Below, piece by piece: positions 25,442 through 36,776 of a stretch of DNA of 64,000 bases. This DNA is from Octopus bimaculoides. Taxonomy: Eukaryota. The notes below the pieces were generated by a model that worked only from the letters and a program-made list of their open reading frames with translations, had not been told where the DNA came from and did no database searches. Each line of letters starts with the position of its first letter. Position 1 is the first letter of the stretch. Where the stretch lies: contig NC_068994.1 in the NCBI RefSeq assembly GCF_001194135.2, positions 19,090,911-19,154,910 of the forward strand, in the 5' to 3' direction. Position numbers and translations under genes: made by a program.

Positions 25442-27090
25442 CTGCGTGTGTGTGTGTATACATGCATATATATCTCCATCTATTTATCTATCTATAGTTC
25501 TTCTCGATCGTTTACTACTAATCAGATGGACCAAAGACAGGAATTCCCCCAAAAGAATGAAAGCATTATTAGTTTCGCTATTACGTTCGAAGAATGACTG
25601 TTCGATTCTCGGGATGGTACGAACAGTCCAGGGTCTATTAAACTGATGTTTGCGCGAAAACTGACGACTTAAATTAAAAAATTAAAAAAACTCAGATAAT
25701 TTGTAAAGTTGGATAAAATTAATATACAACTCCACTCCTAGGATCGAATACTTTCTTGCGTTCTCATTCAGAAGTGTGTGTGTGTGGAAAAAGTGCGATA
25801 TAAGCGCCTAAGTGTTAACAATACATATGCACGCACGCACATACATACATGCATACATATATACATACATACATGTATGCACTTTGTAAACTAACATGAG
25901 TGTACACATACACATGATAGAAAGATAGATAGATAGATAGGAGAGAGAGAGAGATACTAAAGTGCAAACAAGAATGTGCATTTTGTAAATTTCTATATTC
26001 AGTTTCTTTCTTTTCATAGAAAAGAAATCATTTTCATCATCTTTATCACTCATAATTTCAACAAAAGTATTGTATAAGGGACTACTTTCAAGAATTGAGC
26101 TTTCAATCTCATTATCCATCCCTAGCTGGAAATGGCTCACACATGTCGCCTTTAAACTGAGGCACTGCCATTCTCCATGTCGCCTTTACAAAATAAAAAA
26201 GTGTCTCCTGTCTATTATTCAACAGACAGAGGTGGTGCAGCGAAAATCAGAACTAAATATTTAGGATACACACTTATATATATATATATATTTACTTCGA
26301 CACCTCACTGTTTTTACTTAAATGCTAGGTGGGGTGAATGGAGCGAACGTTGACATTAATATATCCTATGTCGATTTCCAAATTTCCGATATATTTAGTC
26401 CCTACACTCATTAATAAATTCCATCCTCCCCTAAATGCCACAGCAAGCGACATTCTCTTTCATATTTACCGAGGTTTTATATAACAAACACTAGGTTATA
26501 ATAGCCTGTACAACTAATTATACCCGCACCCTAAGGAACGTACACTAAGTGTTCCGTTAATTGTGAAAGTGAAATAAGAGCCCTTTAACTTATTAAAAGG
26601 CTCGCGTAAATGCTGTGCTTATTACGACTGGGTTTTTTAAAGGAGAATAATTTTAAACAGAGAAACTAGTTCAGTTTAAAGATTTCCCTATTTCTGTTGA
26701 CATATTGATAGATTGTTTTCTTTTGTTGTTGCTCAACTAGCAATATAACAAAAAAGTCCATCATGTTATCGATCGAAAATAACATGACTTTGAAGAAATG
26801 ATTGTTCACACAACCCCATCCCTTACATATCTGTCTGTGCATAAATAATTAACCATTATCGTTAATATCAAATATTATTAATATATATAACCTTTTCATT
26901 TATTATAACACATAATATATATATAAAGTTTCTTCGTTTGTCTTAAAATAACACTTGACCATCATTATACTGAGCTAATGTCTAACACCATTAGACCGAA
27001 CAAAGAATCTAAAGACATACTATTATATTATAAAAGCAATATAGTAGTATATTGTTTGATTTTTCTCCTACCACCTGCGACAACACTTAC

Positions 27091-27180
27091 CTTAAGCGAT
27101 ACAGGGACCAATGCATTTTCCATTAGAGAATCCCCTTCCTCAAACGGTTTTGTTTTTGTTATAGAATCGGCTGCAGCCAT
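27091..27180 (-). CDS. Putative first coding exon of a vinculin/alpha-catenin-like gene
   Basis: gtaATGG start context. Reads MAAADSITKTKPFEEGDSLMENALVPVSLK and ends at a consensus donor AAG|gtaagt in phase 0. Lies in a CpG-retaining unique region. Confidence 0.6.
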
Positions 27181-27514
27181 TACTTCACTGGCGGGATGTT
27201 TGAATATGATCCGAGTTAACGCCGCCGAACTTTCAAACTGAAATTACCTCGCTGGTAATTGCCATTTTAGTTACCAACATCAACAAATAACATAGTAACG
27301 GTCTCTTCCTCGTCATCTCTGTTGTGTTCTCCGTTTGTCAACTTGTCAGTCACCGTATCAGCCCTGTTTTCCGGTTTCCTTCTACCACTTGAAAATCGCT
27401 CTCCGTTGTATTTTATGTGGCGAACCAGCGAAGAGGAGTTGACCCATGATTCCCAGTTTTGATTCTTGGTGGAATCCCACTCTCGGTAATCCTTACAATT
27501 ACTGGCGAAGTAAA

Positions 27515-27550
<36 letters not shown>

Positions 27551-28560
27551 TAATAAATTCATTATTAACCACAAAGGGTTTACATCAAGAAAACATTATG
27601 GACAGTACAGGACAAAGCAAAGAATGTGTGTGAGTGTGTGTTGTGAGGGTTTTGCGTGTAAACAAGATTAACGTAATGAAACCAAGAAAAAAAATTCAGT
27701 AATGTGTAATCCTCAATAAGGAGGAGATATTCGAGGGCTGCTCATGGAAAAACCCTATAAAAAAAAACCCATGGATACCCTGACTTTTGGGGAAGGCCCG
27801 TTCACTCGCACCATTCTCGCCCCTTCCATCCACCTTTCGGCAAACTGGCTAGAAGATAACACTTCCCTGTCTATCCTTATTTTACTTTTCAAGTGAAACT
27901 TGCAGAAGTTGATCAGGAATTGGCCAAAGAGGAAAGTATTTGTCTCCAACCCCTTCAATCTCGTCCATCATACAAATTCTTTCGTCATAGCCACCAAGCT
28001 TATTAAGACACCCTTCCCTTCCCGGTTAGAGGAAGGTGGTGGGGCGATCTTCAGGTGTTCAGCATTTGGTTCAAAGCCAGCAATTTTAGGGGTGGGCATA
28101 AGTCGATTACATGGAGCCCAGTGTTCAATTGATACCTTACTTTATCGACCCCAAAAGGTAAAAGGTTTTAGTAGAAAGTGGGTTATACATCTTTAGATGT
28201 ATACCTGACTTTCCTACTATAAAATTAGAATATAACGGAACGCTGAACTCCAGACTATCAACTTAAACAACATTTATTCAGGTGGTAAATATATACATCT
28301 TTAATTCTTGTTATTACAGCTTCTGTGTGTATGAGCATAGTTGTTGGGACGTGGGTATGTAGTTGCAAGCGAGCTGTCGAGTGTAAGTCCGAAAGATGTA
28401 GAGAGACAGCTTAACACGTCCAAAGCTCATGGTCGGCCGACCGTAAAAGAGATAGAATTAAGCGGGAACGCTTGCTTGTTTAATTCCACGCATGCGTGAG
28501 ACTACGTATGCGCACGGCGTTACTACAAGGTAAAGTCGACCACGACAGCATTTGAACTCA
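27181..28560. promoter_or_regulatory. CpG-retaining promoter/5' UTR region of the minus-strand gene
   Basis: Visibly more CpG than the flanks. Contains TTCCGG (ETS-like), CACGCATGCGTG (NRF1-like) and TGCGCA motifs directly upstream of the candidate first exon. Confidence 0.5.
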
Positions 28561-28807
28561 GAACGGAAAGAAAGACGAAATGCCACTCAAATGAGAGAAA
28601 CGGAATATTTTCACAACTAATTTAACAATAATTAAAAAATAAGANNNNNNNNNNNNNNNNNNNNNNNNNNNNNNNNNNNNNNNNNNNNNNNNNNNNNNNN
28701 NNNNNNNNNNNNNNNNNNNNNNNNNNNNNNNNNNNNNNNNNNNNNNNNNNNNNNNNNNNNNNNNNNNNNNNNNNNNNNNNNNNNNNNNNNNNNNNNNNNN
28801 NNNNNNN

Positions 28808-28875
28808 TAACCTTAACCAAAACCCTAACCATAGCCCAAACCCTAACCTTAACTCTAAAACCCTAACCCTAACTA
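28808..28875. repeat. Degenerate (CCCTAA)n telomere-like tract beside a gap
   Basis: taaccttaacc..aaccctaacc..aaccctaaccttaac..aaccctaaccctaac. Confidence 0.7.
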
Positions 28876-29709
28876 CAAAAATTTTTGGAATTTTTTTCAG
28901 AATCATAATCTCTGTTTTTTTCCGCATATTTAAAAAAAATTCTGAAAAAAGTTAAAAATGAAGAAATCGGGCATGGGGAGGCAGGGACAGGAATTTCAAA
29001 ATGCCAATTTTTGCAAAATCGTATTCTGTGGAAAAAAAATTAAATAAAGGAAAAGGGGTTTTTGGGGGGTACAAAGTCTTGCCCCGTTTTATACTGTTAA
29101 TGGCCTCAGATAATGGATGAGCTCCACAATCTAATGTTTACGATTTCCTGGCGCCGGCGGTGGCAGTAGTAGTAGTAGTAGGTCTTCAGGCCTAGGACTC
29201 ATCAAACCGGTTTCCATGGGGTATAAGTAAACCAAGATCACAACATTTTCTCTGAAGTTGATGCCAGCCTGTCACATATTATTTACGGCTGCAAGGTGAA
29301 ATGAAGTATTTCGCTCAAGAATTGACTTTACCTGTTAGTATAGTTACTACTCTGATCTCTTGAGATTTTACAACTTGAATAATAAGATCTAACTTTTCAA
29401 TTCCATAAAAGTTAGATCTTACTATTTGATAGCCTTCGTACCTTCCCCCATTTCAATTAATGTCTATGGAATACCCTTAAATTCTGTGTATCTCTGACCC
29501 ACTCCCTCTGTCCTTTAGCCTTGGCTAGCAATCCTAAACCCCGACCCTATGCCTAATTGGCTTGTATGCATTTATTTTTCTTCATCCTTACTTTATTCTT
29601 TCTTTCTTTATCCTTAATTCATATTAGGACCTCTCCTGCTCTAAGCCTACTATAATAAAATATCACCAACACCCTACTCCAGCCTACCTTCATGGCAGAA
29701 TTAATTGTT

Positions 29710-30151
29710 AAGACTATTTAAGCATTTTATCTGATCAAATTCATCCTATGGTTGTGGAACTATTTCCAGAGGGAAATGCAATCTTTCAAGATGATAATGC
29801 ACCAATTCACACAGCTAAAGTTGTTACTGAATGGCAAGAGGAACATTCTTGTGAAGTTGAACATCTTATCTGGCCACCACAGTCCCCAGATCTCAATATT
29901 ATTGAACATTTATGGTGCATTTTAGAAAAGCAAGTAAGGAGTCGATATCCTCCACCATCATCACTACAAGAACTGGAGTCTGTTTTAGCTGAAGAATGGA
30001 CAAAAATTCCTTTGGAAACAATTCAAACTTTGTACAAGTCTATACCTCATAGAATTCAAGCTATAATTACCGCCAAAGTGGTCCTACTCGATATTAAAAT
30101 AAATTTGTTTGAAATTTTAAGGAGTTTCCATTATTTTGTTCAACCCCTGTA
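29710..30151 (+). mobile_element. Tc1-family (DD34E) transposon, 3' fragment with right end
   Basis: Reads FQDDNAPIH and WPPQSPDLNIIEHLW. Ends caacccctg followed by TA. Confidence 0.88.
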
Positions 30152-30224
30152 TATATGTGTGTGTGTGTATCATCATCATTATCATCATTTAGTTAAAGAT
30201 TCTACCTGCTCACCACCTTAATAA

Positions 30225-30625
30225 TAATAACAATAATCCTTACTACTATAAATACAAGGCCTAGAATTTGATTGGTACTTAATTTATTGACCCTCATAAG
30301 GTTGAAAGGCAAAGCTGGCCTTGGCTGAATTTGAAACCAGAGTGTAAAGATGGACAAAATGCCTCTAAGCATTTTGCCCGGTGTGCTAACAACTCTGCCA
30401 GCTTGATAATAATAATAATAATTCTTTCTACTATAGGCACAAGGCCTGAATTATGTGGGGAGGGAAGCATCAACCCCAGTACTCAACTGGTACTTAATTT
30501 ATCGACCCTGAAAGGATGATAGGCAAAGTCAACCTCGGTGGAATTTGAACTCAGAACATAGCGATGGATGAAATACCACTAAGCATTTTGTCCAGCATGC
30601 TAACAATTCTGCTAGCTTGCCGCTA
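30225..30625 (-). mobile_element. Tandem SINE family A copies
   Basis: Two cores separated by (AAT)n. Confidence 0.78.
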
Positions 30626-30689
30626 TAATAATAATAATAAGAAGAAGAAGAAGAAGAAGAAGACGAAGGAATATATATCATCATCATCA

Positions 30690-30830
30690 TCATCATCACT
30701 ATTTATCATCCGTTGTCCATGCTGGCATGGGTTGGATGGTTTCACCAGAGATGGCAGGCTGGGGAGTTGCACCTGACTCCAGCCTGATTTGGCATGGTTT
30801 CTACAGCTGAAGGCCCTTCCTAACACCAGC
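30690..30830 (-). mobile_element. Short RTE 3'-tail copy
   Basis: ccatgctggcatgggttggatgg...ctacagctgaaggcccttcctaac. Similar short copies lie at about 2005-2170, 9820-9925 and 34075-34265. Confidence 0.7.
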
Positions 30831-31208
30831 CAAACATGAAGATGAACACCACATGGCTTCTCTGTATTTTTGATCTTTGTTTTCTGCTATCATCCTTTTC
30901 CAGTTTCTTTTTGTCTTTCCTTTTGTTTTTCCAACAGAATCTTAGAGTCATTAACTCATGTCCTTCCCTCGAATGTCAACCTAATCACAATATTGATTGT
31001 AAACTCATCCTATTGCATTTATTTTTGTATTTTGTATTTTTCTTTGTCTATATACATACATACATTTATGTATGCGTGTAAATACATACATACACACATA
31101 CATACATACACACATACATACATACACACATACATACATACATATAACGGCGGTGCATCAGCATGGCCGCAGCTCTGAGCTGAAACTATAAAAAAAAAAT
31201 ACATGCAC

Positions 31209-31241
<33 letters not shown>

Positions 31242-31394
31242 CATACATATATATTTGTGTGTGTGTGTATATATATAGAGAGAGATAGATAGACAGTCAG
31301 ACAGACAGACTGATGATTGATAGACAGACAGACAGACAGATAGACAGACAAATAGACAGTTAGACAAGAACATACATTGGGAGATATTCCATTA

Positions 31395-31616
31395 GAACGA
31401 ACTATACTGTGGTAGATACCATGAGAGAAACTCTCATATTGGCGTCTTGTTTAGAATGCACTCTTGTTTATATTGTTAGTGGAGAGATAAATGCCTGCCA
31501 TCTCCTGTGTTAAGACCACCAGATCATGTGATTTCAACTTTCCTTGGACTCAGGAAATGTACCAAAAGCTAAGATGAGTGTTTCTCTCATGGTAACTACC
31601 ACAGTATAGTTTGTTC
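31395..31616. repeat. 43-bp inverted repeat pair (MITE-like)
   Basis: 31395-31437 versus 31574-31616, 3 mismatches. A related motif recurs near 36262-36290. Confidence 0.7.
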
Positions 31617-33169
31617 CAACAGAACATTTCAGTGGGGATAAATATCATATCTCGGTATTAATACTGCTTCAGTCTCTAATATATATTTTTTTCAATCTGC
31701 TCACTGGCTAATCATGACACCAGCATCTGCTCTGGCACTGATTTTCTATATATATCACTGGCAGGGATATGAGTTACTGCTATCTCTAGCAGCTGAGGTT
31801 AAAGTTTGATAGAGGGACTGGAACAGGTCTCATACTGTAGAGGGAATACGTGGGGTCAATGTGTATCCTTAAGACAGAGGAAGGTAAGTATAAGAGAGAA
31901 TACAGACAGAGGCTGAGAAAGAGTGACTAGGAAGGTAAGGTTGTTAGAGTGAGAAAGGAGAATGATTGACGATAAGAGATGGGGACAGAGGTGAATGTTG
32001 TGAATAGTGAATAGGGAGAGAGATGCACAGTGACAGAGATGGAGGTCAGAGGAATGTAGTGGTGGAAATAGTGATTGACAAATAAAAGGTATGAGGTTGG
32101 GGTATTGAAGGAAGATGAGGTTGGGGGTATTGAATGCAGATGAGGGTGTTCAGGGGAACAGGGCCTTCAGTGGAAAATAAAGTGGTAAGGGATGATACTG
32201 AGAACACTGGATGGATGACAAAAAGAGAGGGGTAACTGATAGCATTGAAAGGGATCATATGATGATAGCAACTGAGTAGTGCTGTAGTTAGAAGAGGGAT
32301 GGAGGGATGGGTGTTAGGAAGATGAGTTGAGTGGGGAATGCTTGACTGGGATAGACTGAGTGTGGTGGTGATAATGTTATCATTTAGCATCTGCATTCCA
32401 TACTGACATGAGTTGGACACACAGGTATGCATGTGCACAAACAACACACACACACACAAATATATATAGAGAGAGTAATTCACTTGAAATAGTTATTTTG
32501 TGGCATCTGCCCATTAATTTGAATTGTCTGTAATTGCTCCATTTAGTACATTTTTTCCTATGATAATAACACAATTATGCCAGTAACTGGAGATAACTGT
32601 TTCTTAATATACCATTTCTTTCACCACTAACAAGAATAATTATGTAACTTAATCCTTTCCTTCATTACATTACATATTTCTAACTTTAATTAACTGAGAC
32701 TGTGACACATCAACTCAGATAAAAGGTGTTTTTGTTTTGGGGTTTTCATTTTGTGTTATCTTACTTGCCTTTGTTTGGTTTAATTAAACTTTGTTCAATA
32801 AAGTTTACCACTCCTAGATATGTCTATTGTCTTCATTAATAAAACTTATCAGGCTCACCATATCAAGTATGTTAGTGCTTACTTCCCTATTTACATATCT
32901 TAATGTGACATTTTTTGCTAATATCATACATGTACAAACAGCTCTGTAATTTCAAATTGATCAAGCCTTGGAAGAAAACACAAACAAAGCAACTATCTTC
33001 AGTTTCTTACTTGACATCACATTTCCTGTTTACCATTGAGGTGTCACTCCCCTCCACTTTGTCTTCCACTGTTTCTTGGCCACTGCTTGGTTGTTAAAGT
33101 TCTTTTTTCCACTGTACTACTTCATAACCAGCAAAGAAGCTAGTTATAAAATCTCTTTGGGAAATGTTT

Positions 33170-33600
33170 AGGGGACTCATCACGATCAAGCCATTGACCT
33201 GATCATTCAATTATCATAAAGGATCCACTTTTCATCACAAATGAAATTCAGTCAAGAAAAGGATCATTGGTGTTTCACAGGAAGAGCATCAAGCACACTT
33301 CAAAACACCAAACTTTTTGATTTTCATTGAGCTCATGTGGTATCCATTTATCGAGCTTTTTTACCTTACCAATCTTCTGCAGATTGCATAAGACCATTGC
33401 AATATCAACACCAAATGCCTGAGACATTTCTCTGATACTTTGATGTGGGTTTTGTTCAACAATTGCTTTCAATTGTTCATTTTCCTTTGACAGAAAATTA
33501 TGCACCTAATTCAACAAAATTATAAAGGTTACTCTGATTACTATGCATAAAATGCAAGATATTTTTTGTTTTTCTAGATTGGGTAGACATAATTCACTCC
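33170..33600 (-). mobile_element. mariner transposase fragment
   Basis: Reads LKAIVEQNPHQSIREM, KLDKWIPHELNENQK and CDEKWILYDN. Confidence 0.8.
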
Positions 33601-34687
33601 TGCTTTTCAATTTCAGTATTTAAGCTATGCATAGCACTGTTGTAGTACATACACTGCATACATTCCTACAATACCATTTTCGTTACGTGCTATAAAGGCA
33701 GAAGTAAATCTGCCTTCAACTCAGTCGCACACCTGTGTTCTGCTTATTTTTTGTGTGTTTTACTACATAAAGGTCAGCAACTGCCTACCCTGAGTAATTA
33801 CTGATGTCACGTGCCTGAAAGGAGCATATTTTCTCAAACTATATTTATCAGAATAATAATGAAAGCATTAATTGGCAGAAGTATTCAATGGGAAAACTTT
33901 CACTTTCTGTGCCAATTCTGAAGGTTTGCCCTCTATGGTAATGACTTTTCAATGAAGCTTATACTAATTATAAAATCAATTTCTACCGATCAAGAATGAT
34001 TATGGACTATAATTCAGTTGCAGATTTAAAAAGTGCAACAACAACCACTACCACCACCACCACCACCACCACCATCTTATCTTTTAACATCTATCTTCTA
34101 TGCTGGTGTAGGACATCAGAATGACAGGACCTAACAGGTTATTGAACTGCATCGTTCTCAGTGTCGGCTCTGGTACAGTTCCTATAGCTAGATGCTCTTC
34201 CTAATGCAAACCAGTTTACAAAGTGCACAGGATGCTTTTTTTTTATGTGTGCTACCAGCACTAGTGAGGCTGCAGTGTGGCTCACAGTTCAAAGATACAC
34301 TTTGGCTGAGTGGGGCTACATTCAGGAGGGAGGTAGCTTTATGCTAGATTATAAAAGATTAGAGTATGAAAGAAGGGACCAGAACAGGTTTCTTGCTGTA
34401 GAAGTGACACATAGCTGGATGGAAAAATTGGTGTAGAGCTATAATGAGAAAAAAATATATAGTGGTAACGAAGTGTTAGGGTGGGTCATGGCAGTAAAAC
34501 AGAAAGTGTGGCAGTGTAGAAGAAGCAAGTGTATGGAGAGAGTGAAGAATGAGATGGTAAGAAATGGGGTAGGGATGCGAATATACTGAATGAGAAACAA
34601 GGGTCAATGTGGGGAGGTCAATGATAAATATGTGTTGGATGGAATAAGTGGGAAAGTAGATGATGACCAGAGATTGTTAAGAGTATA

Positions 34688-35078
34688 GGTGCAGGAGTGG
34701 CTGTGTGGTAAGTAGCTTGCATACCAACCACATGGTTCTGGGTTCAGTCCCACTGTGGGCAAGTGTCTTCTACAATAGCCTCGGGCCGTCCAAAGCCTTG
34801 TGAGTGGATTTGGTAGATGGAAACTGAAAGAAGCCCGTCGTATACATGTATATATATATATATGTATGTTTGTGTGTCTGTGTTTGTCCCCCCAACATCG
34901 CTCGATAACCGATGCTGGTGTGTTTATGTCCCCATAACTTAGCGGTTCGGCAAAAAGAGATTGATAGAATAAGTACTAGGCTTACAAAGAATAAGTCCTG
35001 GGGTCGATTTGCTCGACTAAAGGCGGTGCTCCAGCATGGCCACAGTGAAATGACTGAAACAAGTAAAAGAGTAAAAGA
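34688..35078 (+). mobile_element. Full-length SINE family B (tRNA head, CORE-like segment, internal TA/TG microsatellite)
   Basis: A box-like TGGCTGTGTGG, B box-like GGTTCAGTCC, gggcaagtgtcttct core, central (TA/TG)n and a tail ending gtaaaagagtaaaaga. Resembles the octopus OR-type CORE-SINEs (inference). Confidence 0.85.
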
Positions 35079-35344
35079 GAGAGAGTACAGGGATGAATGT
35101 AGTGACTGATGCAGGAGTAATCAATAATACATATAAGTTAGGGAGTAGGTACTGATTAGCAGCATTGGAGGGTGGAAAATAGCAGGATTGTGGGAGAGAG
35201 ATTACAAATGGGTGCAGAGGTTGAAAAAAGTGTGAGTGGAGTGTGAAAGAGTCTAATTTAGTTTATGATAGCATTAATCTTACTGTGAGATTAAAAACAT
35301 TATGGAATTAAGTTGCTGGTCAGTAGAACTTTAATATTTAATAA

Positions 35345-36025
35345 TATTTTAAGGTAGCAAGCTGGCAGAATCATTAACATGCCAGCTAAAATGCTTTGTG
35401 ACATTTCATCTGTCTTTATGTTTTAAGTTTAAATTCCATCTAGGTCGACTTTGCCTTTCATCCCTTGAGGGGGTCAATGAATTAATTACTATTGAGTGCT
35501 GGGGACAATATAATTGACTTAACCCCTCTCTTGAAATTGCTGGCCTTGTGCCAAAATGTTAAACCAATATTCACTAATATTCTTTTCTACTCTAGGCACA
35601 AGGCCTGAAATTTTTGGGGAGGGGGCCAGTCGATTAGATCGACCCCAGTATGCAACTGGTACTTTACTTATCGACCCCAAAAGGATGAAAGGCAAAGCTG
35701 ACCTCGGCAGAATTTGAACTCAGAATGTACAGACAGATGAAATACCGCTAAGCATTTCACCCAGTGTGCTAACATTTCTGTCAGCTTGCTGCCTTATATT
35801 TACTAATATTAAAATGGCAAGCTGACACTTTTGTGTCAGACAAAATCACTTAGAGGCATTCCTTCTAGCCCTGTACATTCTAAGTTCAAATTCTGCTGAG
35901 GTTGACTTTGCCTTTTATAAGTTTCAAGGTTGATAAAATAAGCACCAGTCAAGTACTGTGGTTGACAGAATCGACTAACCCTTCCCCTTAAAATTGCTGG
36001 CCTTGTACCAAAATTTGAAACTAAT
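35345..36025. mobile_element. Three SINE family A copies in +/-/+ orientation
   Basis: Cores at about 35450 (+), 35670 (-) and 35910 (+). Confidence 0.82.
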
Positions 36026-36304
36026 ATTTAATAGTGTTTAATTAATTTTAATTAGTTATTTTACTGAAAATTTGATAAAAAACAGAAAAAGAGAGCTTAT
36101 TATGGTTATCTTTGAATAATTTACCAGTTTCATTTGTAATAATTGAGAAGACCAAACAGGGTCGAAATCACATGATCTGGTGATCTTGACGCTGGAGATA
36201 GTAAGGATTTATTTCCCTTCTAGCGATATAAACAAGTGTACATTTTGCACCAAAATGCCAGTATGAGAGTTTCACTCATGGTAACTACAGCCACAAAATT
36301 CTTT

Positions 36305-36776
36305 CTATCGTGATGGCACCTGTGCCAGTAAATCACTAAGAGCACCGTCCGAGCATGATCGTTGCCAGTGAACCAGCTGTCTGGCTTCCATGCCGGTGGC
36401 ACGTAAATAGCACCATTTGAGCGTGATCGTTACCAACGTTACCTTCCTGGCATTTGTGTCAGTGGCACGTGAAAAGACATTCGAGTGAGGTCATTGCCAG
36501 TGCCGCTGGACTGGCTCCTGTGCAGGTGGCACGTAAAATACACCATTTCGAGCATGGCCGTTGCCAATACCTCCTGACTGGCCTTCGTGCCGGTGGTATG
36601 TAAAAGCACCGACTACACTCTCAGAGTGGTTGGCGTTAGGAAGGGCATCCAGCTGTAGAAACTCTGCCAAATCAGACTGTAACCTGGTGCAGCCATCTGG
36701 TTCACCACTCCTCAGTCAAATCGTCCAACCCATGCTAGTATGGAAAGCGGATGTTAAACAATGATGATGATGATGA
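36305..36776 (+). mobile_element. RTE 3' UTR copy with (GAT)n tail
   Basis: Colinear with 6450-6875. Confidence 0.88.

Noticed and set aside
25960-26200. Protein-like minus-strand frame (MDNEIESSILESSPL...MSDKDDENDFFSMKRKKL)
   Set aside because: The best acceptor is out of phase with the exon ending at 27091 and there is no convincing donor. It may be non-coding or an alternative exon; not supportable without RNA data.
28808-28875. True chromosome telomere
   Set aside because: The tract is short, degenerate and internal, with unique sequence on both sides.
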